From contig OZ234494.1 in the NCBI GenBank assembly GCA_965153455.1, positions 930,001 to 994,000 on the forward strand: DNA of 64,000 nucleotides, written 5' to 3'. The notes beneath the pieces were generated by a model. It searched no databases, was not told where the DNA came from, and was given only the letters and a program-made list of their open reading frames with translations. Positions 1-11,700 of the stretch are shown here, piece after piece. The stretch comes from Sphagnum compactum. Taxonomy: Eukaryota. The position numbers were made by a program, and so were the translations under genes. Every line of letters begins with the position of its first letter. Positions within the stretch are counted from its first letter, which is position 1.

Positions 1-2639
1 ACAAGTCACAAAATTGTAAACATAAAGCCTTTTTAACCAATTGATAAAATGTTTCACCCATTGCAATTGGTCAGATGCCACTTGAAGGTTTGGCAAAAAC
101 CAGAAGCTTAATAACACTAAGGATATATAAGCCATGGATTATGGGATGCAATTAACAGTCACATGGGAACTCAAATTAATGAAGTTGAATGAAACCACTA
201 GTTCAATCCTTGAGGTTGAAAGAATCTTGAAAATTATGTTTGATGACCATGCCTAATGGATTGCTTACTAACAAATGGGACATGTGTAAGACAATTGACC
301 TTAAAAAAATTCATGGAAAGTTCCACATTTATGTCCAACTTAAAGTCCATCAAGGAATTTGAACAAGGAAAATCCAAATCCAAAGGATGTAATGCTTTAC
401 TATGTAGATCATCTTTAATGATGTTGAAGTGAAGCAAGAGGGGCAAAAGCCCTAACTGGATGCACAAATTCCTCAACACGCCCAAGGATTAGGTTTCATC
501 TTAATTGACCCAAAGGGGGCACAACAAGAGCAAAAACTTGAAAAGGCAAGGTTGTTAATATAGCCCAATCTAAAGACAAAATTGGCTCAAACACACTTGC
601 TTGAAAAAAAAAATCATTCTTAAAGATGGTGGTAAAGGTTATTGTTGGGTGGGTATCAAACTACCATTCAAAATTGGGCTAGTTATTAACCAGTTCTTTC
701 GTAAAGCTCAAATCAAGTATAATCTAGGGTGTTACTTGGGTTGATATACCCAAAGCACAAGGTATCATTTTTGAAAAAATCGATTCACAAATAATTGGGT
801 TCTCATTTTAAATTAAAAATTTCATAGCCAAGTAAATTATATGGATAACCTCAAGTCTAGTTCTTACAAGGGTTTGGGACATATGGAATTTAAAGTTAGG
901 GTTTCATACTATCTAAGTTTAGGTTAGGTTGTATTTTAGGGTTAAGGTTTAAGGAAATTGACTAACATTGGAGGTGTCGTTTTTCTCATGTGGGGAACAA
1001 AAGATAAAAAACTCAACACTTCTTTTTTTTCATGTTTTTTTTTTGTTTGCTTGTGTGTTAAAGGCCTTTTCACCTTTTTTACAACATGTGTTCCCCATTT
1101 TTTTCCTTTTATTTTTTGTTGTTTTTAAAAATTTGCAAATAATATTTTTTCTTACTTGAAGCATTATTTGGGTCCTTCATTTTTTTTTATTGCAAGAGTT
1201 TTTCGCATTTGCTAGAAGCATTATTCAAGTGATTTATCAACACTGGTGCTACTCATGGGCTTTTAAACTTATTCTTGGGCTCCTAATATTATTTGGGCAT
1301 TTTTTGTGTTGTTCATGTGTGTTACCAAGTGTTTTTAATGTTGTTTGAGTGTTTTCAACACTATTTGGGCATTTTTACTGCTATTCATGTTTGCTACTAA
1401 ATGTTATTAATGTTGTTCAATTACTACCAAATGTTGTTCAAGTGTTATAAATGCTCATTAAATGTTGTAGGTGTTATGCATGGTGTTTTTTTCAAGTATG
1501 ACCATTGATTCCTTTGTTTTTGTTTGTGGTGTTTTTTCCTTTTTATGGTTGGTGCTACCCCTTACCTTGTTGTGCAGGTTGGAGATTTGTTAAAAGTTGG
1601 AGCCTTTTGGTTTTTATTGACATATGTTCATTTTTCATCAATATTTTCTCACACATTGCAATCTCATGTACAATTAGAATTTGGATTTGTGAAAGTTTAG
1701 TTGTATATGCAACTATGAACAGTTGTGAGCTTCATCATCAACTTTTGCACGTTAGGTCTGTTTTCAATTCTTTTCCCAAGTTTGTTTGCTTTATTCTTGA
1801 ATTTTTGTTTTTGCTTGTTTTATGTTGTTTATGGTTTCTTATGTGTTTTTTTTTTCTTTGGTTTTGTGTGTTTTTTATATGTTTGAGGTAATGTTATCAT
1901 GTTATGTTTGTTTATTTTTATTTGCTTATGAAAAACCAACTTGCAAATTTCAAACTTTGCTTAGAAGTTTGAAATGAAAGTTTTAAAAAAAATTTGACTT
2001 GTACTTCTTAAATACATTTGAGGTAGTTTTACACTTGCATATCTTTCATGAATAGTTTTTTTACATAATGCATCTTGTGAAAAGTGAATTATATCATCAT
2101 ACATCATATATTTGTAAATGTTTTCTGAATGCTTCCTTTATTGGCTTGTTTAGATTTCATAAATTATATATATATATATAAACATGATTTATAAAACTAA
2201 AAAGAATGTAATTGTTTGGATTTTTCAATCTTGGTCCATTAACACTTCTTTAAAAATGGAGGTCATGCAAATCAAATCCATGTGATTTTTTTATGAATGA
2301 AAGTGAAGTAGCAATGGAAAAGAGGAGTGAAGATGAGAGGTTTGAAACATTGCCAAGTTCTCAATTAAAAAATGATGATTGTGTTGGAACTAGGTGGAAC
2401 TTTGTACCTATTGAACAAGTAGATAAGATGAAATCTACTATAGCAAATTAAAATTGGGATTAGTGACTAAAAAGATTACTATCTAATCAAAAGTTGATCA
2501 TTGAAGTCTATCTAGTGGATACTAACCTTTTGTATATATTGTTTGAATCACCTTAATAATAACACTTACATCATTTAACCATCATGTTTATCAAATTCAA
2601 TGTAGTTAATTATGAAAAAATTACAAAGAGATAATTGGA

Positions 2640-4720
2640 GACCCATGAAATAAATTCTTCAACTTGAGCATTTTTTTGTGTCAATGATGAGCCAAATGTT
2701 GATGTCAAGGTGCCACAAGCTACACATTGTATTCTTTGTTACAATAAATTAGAGGGTCTTACAATATTAAAATAAAAAACAAGGTCAAGAAAAGGTTTTG
2801 TTTCATATTTCAAGAATAAAGGGATAACTACAATGAAAAACATGAAAAGTCCAATGGAAAAACAACTTGCAATTTTCAATTTTTTGGGGGCCATATATCC
2901 TTTCAAAAAAAATAATGTGCACAAACTTTTTTCATAAAGAATCTTCATTTTCTTGCTATCAAAAATCATTTGCCCATTATTTTTTTATAGTATTTAGTTG
3001 AAGCGTTTAGTAATGTAGTTATGTCTTTGTGTTGTTTTCATTTCCCAAAAGAACCTTTTAATTTGGAAGTGCTACCAAACTTAGTTGAGAAGACAAAAAC
3101 AAACATATGTTTTATTAATTCAACAAATTATGTTAATGTTATAACAAGTTTTAATCTTTGGATGTCTAAAAAGGCACACGACATTTGTACATTGGTAGTG
3201 AATTTATTTGGAGAAATTGGGTGCCAAAACAGATTACAATTGGTTTGTTTGAAGCATTATGGCAAACATTAGCAAGAAATTTGCAACACCTTTTATAACA
3301 ATGTGGATTTATAAAGAATTTTTTTGCTTATGTCAAAAATGAGAAGTCAAATTTGGATACCATGACAACTGTTCTGAAATGGATTATGAAATGGGTGTGG
3401 TGGAAAGTTTTCAAGGCACATATTTTGCACATGCCTTCTATAAGACTTACAATATGCAACTATTAGAAAAAGAGTGTAAGGGCTTGAAATGTGTTTTGGT
3501 CAAATCTATTAAACGGATGTGCAAAAATGTATAACATGGCTTAAAAAGTCAAGGAAAAGACAACAAGAATGCATGAAAGCTTGCATTATTGCAAGTTTGA
3601 GACCCAAAAAATTGAACACACTAGTCAAAACAAAGTAAGATGTAAGTTATTTTATTTTAGTTTTTTATATTTTTACTGTTTCAAATGTTGTATAAGATGT
3701 TGACTTATGATTGGAGATTTGATTTGTGTAGGTTGACAAGTGATCATGTTTCAACAATTTCTTCAATTTCAAAAAGCCATTGCTTTTCATTACAACAAGT
3801 AGATTGATCTTAAGGTCACTAGCCATGTACCCCTTCCTTTCACATGGCATGTATCACAAATTATTCTAAACATTTTGTCTCCTTTTGTCACTACAAATGT
3901 ATTAAACCAATTTTAAAATCATTGTTTATTGGATGATGCCTTGCATGTAACCATATCCATGAGCCTTAAACTAAAAGAAGCAATGAAATGTCCTCTTATT
4001 TTGGATACTTTGATTGATGATGATTCAAGTTTGGATATCAAATTGTTAATTCTTGCAATGAACATAAAAAAAGAAGTTTGTGGGGGTCATCGACACTTTC
4101 TTTCTTGACAAAATATAAAATATGATGAGAAAACTCACAATATGTTATCCTTGATGTTAAACCTTAGATTCAAAATTTAAGATTGATTTCTTCTTTTGTT
4201 AGTTATGAGTAAGGGATGCCAGCCATAGTTAAAGAATATGATAGAGGATCCTTGTTTTATATGCCTTTTGAAATCATTTGCATCCATTGTTCAAAATTAT
4301 AAGTTCTTGTGGATAGAAATGATGAAGATAACAACTTAGACATCTTTGAGATGATAGCAAGCACTACTAAACTTATTACAAATTATGTTAATCGATCAAT
4401 ATTTCAAAGATATCAAGTGAATGTAAAAAACATCATATGCTTTTTAGAGTGGTGAGAAAAGCACGAATATATGTTCCCAATTGTTCGCTTTTTAATTCAA
4501 CAAATATTGGGGATTTTCGATTCTCAAATTGAAATTAAGAAAATCTTTTCCCTTATTGATATAAGCTTAGCGTACTATCCAATTTGAGGAGAAACCAATT
4601 ACAATTTGATAACTTTGAGAAGTTGATCTTTGTGAGTAAGAATCGACCAAACGATGTAAGAGTTGATTGAAAAGCTCATTCTAGATTGATAGATTCTGAA
4701 GTCAACTTAAGGAAGAAATT
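2640..4720 (+). mobile_element. Decayed hAT-family transposase (pseudogene)
   Basis: hAT motifs appear in the expected order despite stops and frameshifts: BED-finger remnant ((W)AFFCVND...CILC, ~2665-2740); TSFNLWMSKKAHDI (cf. SFDLW catalytic Asp region, ~3144-3185); AYVKNE.SNL (~3325); FAHAF (CxxH region, ~3425); VKT|K split by a GT-AG intron at 3635-3731; LMLNLRFK (~4150); C-terminal dimerisation motif LEW*EKHEYMFP...QILGIFDSQIEIKKIFS (4441-4550). Confidence 0.8.
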
Positions 4721-5678
4721 AAATGAGTTTGAAAACTCATTTGAGAGAGGTAAATTGAAAGTAGACTAATCTAATGTTTTTTGCCTCGAGTATTTTTGTT
4801 CTAAACATTAGATCTTGTCCTGGTTCTTTGCCAGTTCTTTCATGATAACTGCCAGATTTTTTGAAAAGTTTTGGAGGTTGTAAAACTTTCACAAAAATCA
4901 GAACTAGAGGTTGTGTAATTCTGAAAATTTTCAGAAAACCAGCACCGGAATGTATCCACAAAATCACAGAACTGCAGAACACTGCTCTGGTCCTTCCCTT
5001 AACGCTCTTTTTAAAATCAGCAACCAAACACAAACTTCTTCTTTGCCAACTCCTGGGTTAACTACATAAGACTCAAAATTCTGCAAAGCTCCCCTGCCTT
5101 TCCTCCCTTCCTCTCACCAAAATCGGTCCTTGACAGAGCAAATGTGCCAGAATCCGAGGATACAAATTATCCATCATTACACCTGTACAGCAAGAGCTTC
5201 ATTCTCTATTTGGCACCTGTTTGTTTGTCCAGGTGTCAAGTTCCAAAGCTTGCAAAACACAGATTCTATAGGGACTGTCTTTCCTTGATCAAAGGAATGA
5301 GAGGACTCCTCCATATTATCCACTTGAACAGTGGATTCCCACCTCATGCACTTGAGGTGGCACTCTTTGTTTTGGTAACAAATGCCTTCACATCTGAAAA
5401 GCAGCTCAAAGTTGACAACATCTGCTGCCAATATGAGTTGCCCTTTTACAACTTTCTGACACAACAGACCTAATCACAACACTGTAGAACTAGTTATCAC
5501 CAAAGATGGGTCATGCTGAAATTTTCATCTGGTGCTCTCTTGTGGAACCTTCACAAAGACACTAGGCATTAAACACAACTGAAGTTTATGTTAGATTTTT
5601 TATCCAAATGTCCTCTTTTCTTGTCAGCAGGACAAGATGACAACAAAACAGTTTTGCAATCTGTGCTCATTTGGAGTG

Positions 5679-7995
5679 TTATGGTATTGAGATTGATGGC
5701 CTCCTCTGTGGCCATGAAGGGAAGTGCTGGATAAGAAATGCTCCCAGTGACCACAAACATAAAATGCCCAGCAACTGCAGCACTGAAAGAAGGGTCTGCA
5801 ATGACCCATTGATTGTCATGGTTTCTACTGTCACCTCCAGACCTTTTAATGAGAACAAAAGTCCTGCCACCAGCTGTGCAGCTCGGTTAAGCTGGTGCAG
5901 CCTGTACACCTGCCAACAAACAGAAAACTTTGTCATCTTCCACTCCCTTTTCAAATCCAACTATCAGAGATATCAAGTCTTATTCACTCCCTTAACCTGT
6001 TCAAATCTGTACCAGCATTTCAAACACTCATACATCAGAGAGATCAACACTCAAAACACTGCTATTTTCTGAAGGAAAATTCAGAATAAAGCCACAAGAA
6101 CACAACTAACAGCTCTCACAGCATTCCTTGTTGGGAACATATATGAACTTGATTATCTGAATATCAAAGCCTGGTTTAATTGCCTACCAAATTGGTTGAT
6201 GGGTCAAACCAGTGTCAGATTTGACTCACAAGAGTTATCCTAAACCCTAAACCCTAAACAAGACCTCTAAGTTTGCTTCCCTTAACATCTTTTCATTGTA
6301 CATGTCTCCACATATAATAAAAGCAACATTACAGCTAAGCTCAAAGTTCATTTTACAGCTTATAGTATATAAACATAAAATTGCATGATATCAGAACTCT
6401 CAACAATTTGACAAGCTTTGTGCAAATGATGTCTATAACACCTTTGGACAGAGTATTTGACGGAACTGCTCTGCGGATTGTATTCAGTACCTGAAAAGTT
6501 ATTGGCACAAGAGGCCACACTGGAGACTGCTTGGACTGAACGACCTTTTCACAAACCAACTGGACAGCCAAGCCAACCAAGTATGGAAGAAGAGCTGCAG
6601 CAGCTGCAGGGCCTGTCCAAGGCCAGACTACTGCAAAGCTTACAGCAGGTAAGACCACTCCAAGGGCCACCGAAATGATCATTGACACTCGGTATCCCAC
6701 TAGGTTGTTCCGCTGAGATGAGAGCTTGCCTCCATACACAGACGCCCAGGCTGGAGCCTGCTGGACTTGTATCTTATGTGCAATGAAGAGGAACAATGAT
6801 ATGCCGAAATAGAACAAAATTTCGGTGAAGAACAGGATCACAAAATCTGCAAAAAATGGATTCAAGGGGAAAAAAACCCAACATTTCAAATTTCCAAACC
6901 AATTAATCGATTATTCCAGCATCTGTCAGTGGCACAGGAACTCGCAAATGGGTTTATGATGGGGAAGCAAGATTTACTGAATTTGCACAGACCTGTAACA
7001 AGAGAGTCTTCAAGAATGGCCTCAAATATTTTCCGAAGATACAAAGGGGGCCCCACTACGGACAGGACTAACAAAAGAGGGCCAACCACCCAGAGCCGTG
7101 AACTCCAGTCTTTTCTTGTGTCATATGCTGGTGCTGCTGCTGGCAAACCCTCATCAAAGTGCAGATCTTCTTGACCCTTGTTGTAGTAGCTGACAATCCC
7201 TACCTTGCCACCAGGCTGACCAAGTGGAGTATCCCCTGTAACCCTTGTAGTAGTACTTGTACCCACAGACTTTTCTACCACCTCTTCTACTTCTTGCTCC
7301 TCAAGATCTGCTGCTGCTGCTGCTGATTCCACCACCGGTGTGATATTTGTTACAATTTCAGATGACTCTGCAGAGCAAAGATGGGAACCTAGTCTTGTGT
7401 AGTAGTAGTCCTTGTCCTGCAGAAAAAGCCTTGAAACAGAGTGTGTTTGCAGGGAAGTTCTGTGCTTCAAACTCAAGCATGGTCGAGTAAGAGGGTTTGA
7501 ACTACTGTTGGTGATCCTTGTTGAAGCAGCAATATGTCCTCCTGCTCCTCCTCCCCTTCTTCCTGTATTCAAATTTTGTCCAGAAATTCAAGGTTCCAGA
7601 CAAATCACAAAACAGATTGCAACCCAATGACACAAAATGTTCAAAACCCACCAAAAAATTCCTCCTGCTCCCTCTCATGAGTCAGTCCACTCCCCCCCAA
7701 AAATGTAATGTGTCTTCCACAGAATTACAATCAACAGTGTGGAGACGAAAAAAACACAAAATCCCAAAAGATGGAAAAGAAAATTCAATCCACCACTACT
7801 ACACTGATGATCTCCGATTCCGTTTCCCCCAAAGCTGCTCCTGTTGCTGTTGCTACTGCTGAAACTATTCAGCTGTCTCCTCCTCCCCCCACCACCACCG
7901 AAGTTGAGGAGGCCGCCATGCAGTCTGTTCAATTCTGTCACCGTCAGATTCGTCCCTTGGCTGGAACTCAAACATAGCCTTCCTCCGAGGCTCAT
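5679..7995 (-). CDS. Conserved plant multi-pass membrane protein with N-terminal Ser/Arg/Gly-rich transit-peptide-like region (probably plastid-targeted; recalled as At5g63040/At1g48460-like)
   Basis: Exons 7995-7794 (donor weak), 7562-6993, 6846-6491 and 5909-5679 join in frame with GT-AG boundaries. Hydrophobic helices and motifs WVVGP..PPLYLRKIFEAILEDSLVTDFVILFFTE, WPWTGPAAAA, FQ|VYRLHQLNRAAQLV. Confidence 0.85.
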
Positions 7996-8761
7996 ACTGC
8001 CGTTGTTGTTGCAAAGAAAATCCCTTCCCTCTCTCCCTCCCTCCAACTCAATTCTTCACCACCATTTCCTTCCTTCCGTCCTTCCTCCCTCCCTCCCTCC
8101 ACTGTTGCAGCCAAAACCCTCCGCCCTCGGACAGCAGCACTGCACGTCAAACCCTAGAAAACCCCCCTTCTGTCGTCGTTACACCCCCAGGGTTCTCAAT
8201 CCGGTTATAATCAACCCATCATGGACTTCCAAATAATTTCATCAGTGTCGAAGCTGCCAAGTATACCTTAAGCTTCGTGCCAGTTTTGGAACAGGGATTG
8301 CTACAAAAGACTGAATCTTTGGTAGGGTTGTTGTTGTTGTTGTGTTTTTCTGTGTGTGTCTTATTAGGAGGATCGGGAGCTGATTCTTCTTCCTCTTCTC
8401 CTTACATGTCTGAAGAAGCCTGCTTTTTTTTCCTTTTTCGGAGCTGCATCGTGTTTTTGGCAGATGGGTTTCTTCTTCATTGAAGAACAAATTCTTGAAG
8501 CGAGAAAGTTGTAAGTTTGGAAGATGTGAGCTTGATCCAGTTAGCTGCAGAAAGTCTCAATCACTCTGTTAGTGGGTGTTGGAGACATAGTGTGGATCTC
8601 TGGATTAGGGTTTTGAAACAGGAGGAGACAGACAAGCACAGACAGAGAGACACACAGAAACATAGGATCTTTGAAGAACCCAGCTGTGGTTTATTGCACA
8701 GACAGATTGAGGACTGTGGTGAAAGTTCACAGACCTGTGCAGAGGAATTTGGTAGGCAAAA

Positions 8762-11700
8762 ATGGAGAAAGTCGGATCCAAGAAGAAGATGATGATGATG
8801 CAAAGAGTGGCCAGCTATCCAGGTTAGTCCTTACTTGCACTTGCCTTTTAACCCAACCTCTCAGGTTTTTTTTTGCTGTTGCTTGATGGGTGTAGTAGCC
8901 CTGCTATGCTTTTGGCAATTGTTTGCACTTACTGCTAGCTTCAATCTTCTGCCACCTTCATGTTGCCAAGTCTCCTTCCTTCCTTCCTTCCTCTCTCAAC
9001 TTCAAACTCATTTCTTGCACCTACAAGGTATGTCTTTTGTCTTCCAAAAATTGTACTGCCATGCTGTGCCTGCAGTCCTGGAGGAGCAGTTTGTATACTG
9101 CAAACCCTAATACATCACTGGATTCAGCTCCTCATTTCCACTTCTGATGCTTTCTGACATTTGATTTGCATCTTGTAAACCAACCTTCTGGGAAACACAT
9201 GGTTATGAGACATGGTTGTTGTTGTGCTTTGTTGATCATTCAATTGCCTCTCAACTTACGATCATCATTTTTTCTCTATGACTGCAGGCCTGAAACAAGA
9301 GAACATTTCAGTGTTGAACAACAATAGAAATAAGCCTGCTTGTTCCAATCCAAAGAAGTTCTCAGGATTGCATCACAGGGAACTTGCTAGCAGCAAGGCC
9401 GAGGGGATGTTGTCTTCTTCTTCTTCATCAAGACAATCAACTTCAAGGATGCACAACAGCTGCAATGATGATGATGATCTTAGTGATATGATGATCTTCA
9501 AGGAAACTGCTTCTCCAATTTTCTCTCAACAACTGACACCAAAATCCTCCAAGCTGCCTTTGAGAAAATCGAAACCAAAAAGCAGAACCAATAACAGGTC
9601 AGAGATTACTACTAGCAGTACACTCTGTGATTCTATGTTTTCTTCCTTACCCTTTGTGTTTGAGATTGCAGAACTCTCTTTTGCATAATTGTAATCTCAT
9701 TGATACAAAAGCCACTGATGGAAGAAGTTATTCTGTCAGAGATACAGCAGTGACAAAAGAAGTAGTGAGAAGTGAGGATGCAGCAGCTTTGCTTATTGAA
9801 GAGTTGGATACAACCAAGGAGAAAGCTGGCAAGGATTATGATACTTGGACATGGAACATGTATTACAGCAAGTCCATCCCCAGATCCTCATTGTGCAAGT
9901 ATTTTTATCACTGAATTTCTCTCCTATTTCAACACATCCAGATACATGCCTAAGTATAGGGTAAGGCACGCCTGTCAGGGGATTATGCTGTGGGACACAA
10001 GGGCGGAACCCAAGATCCACAGCATAATCGCCTGACAGAGGTGCCTTACCCAGCATAACAACCAAGGACGCCCTGTTTGAAAATTGCCAGTTACAAAAAA
10101 AATCCCTATTTCCAGGGATCTTCGACAGAAGAACCCCCACCCTAGGGCTCTCACACACCAGCTCTAAAAAGCCTTGTTGCTGAAAGTAACCCACCCTTCA
10201 ACTACACTGGGGATTTTCTCTGAGGTTGTTATGATCCATTCGAGACATGCACAAGATGGATAGCTGGATCGTCAGGCAGCAGCTAGTGTTTCCAGTGTTT
10301 TTATTTCTTTGCTGTGATTACAGTAAACACCCCCCCTGACAGTAGCATACTTAGGATGGATCCAACTATCTCTATGAATGAATTGGTGTTGAGGGTATTC
10401 AGTTGCTGTGTACTACTGTACAGATTTTATTACAGATGTGCTATCAAGGGCTGTCCAGGAAGGAAATTGGTGACATCCCCAAAAGAGCGACATCGATCTT
10501 CTTTCATGGAAGTCATATACATCTCAAAACACACCTGTCATATCCGGCCACGAAAGCGACGAAGAGTCCACACTGAGGAGGTTCCAGAGGAGGTCTTGGA
10601 CAGATTGTTGGCAGCTGGACTATCAGAAAGAGTTGGAGCTGAACTCAAAGGTGATGAGGGATTAGTCTTGAGGAGTCATCATACCTTGCCAGATGCACAA
10701 TTATCAGGAAGTAAGTTTGCAGACTCCGCAACTGCCGAAAGTGAATCAGAAGGATTGGTGTTGGATGAGCACTGTGGTGACGATGAAAAAATGGGTCTGG
10801 CATGTGAGAAAGATCATGATTCTAGTACACTCAGTGAAGGACTGGGAGGAGAAAGTCAAGAATGGGATTACTCACAAGTAGAGACAAGTACTCAGACATA
10901 TCTGGGATGTGTGGAGGACTCTCAGGAGGAGTGGGCATTCTTGCCAGAGTTTAGAATAGACAAAGGTGATGACTGTACTATGCAACGGCTGGACCATTTT
11001 CCAGCCTTGACAGAAGAGGACCCTGAAAATTTATCCTCCCACACTGAGTTGTCTCATGTGCATGATGAACATCAACAGGTATTTGAGAATGTAAATGGAA
11101 ATCTTCATATGAAGGAATCGGAGATGGCATCAAAGAAGGATTTGCTGGCAAATTCCAAGGACATTTCTTCAAAAGGAAGAGATGCTGTGTCAGGGCAAAA
11201 GAGAGATGATGATGATGATAGTCTTGTCAACATTTCAGAGAGTATAGAGCAGCTGCTGCATCATGCACAGAGCCCAACAGAGGTTTTGGTTGCTGGCAGA
11301 GAAGCACCTCTTGGTGCAAGTGCACTAGAGTTCCTGTTTCTGGATGCAACCAGTATGTCTCGAGTTGTTGGGGTGGGTATGGACTATGCTAAGGTCTTGC
11401 TGACTAGCTCTTCAGAGGCTGAGGTCATTCTGTGCGGAGAAGAAGCATGGAAGGAACTCTGGACTGAAGCTTTGAATGAGCAAAGCTCTTTCAAAATCAT
11501 GGCAGTGAAGCTTGCCCAACAACAACAAGCAATTGACACAGTTTCCAGGGATGTTGTAATGTCAGAAAACGAAATGGCTATGAAGTTTGGTGTGGGTTTG
11601 AAAGGCAGTGGCGTGGTGAGCTATGTCTCCAACACTCATCAGAAACCAGGTGATGAGAATGGTGCCCAAATGGAGCCATTACTTTTGGACATTGCGCAAC

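Noticed and set aside
968-1891. Phe/Leu-rich membrane-like ORFs
   Set aside because: T-rich low-complexity sequence with non-ATG starts, probably the non-coding arm of the adjacent hAT fossil.
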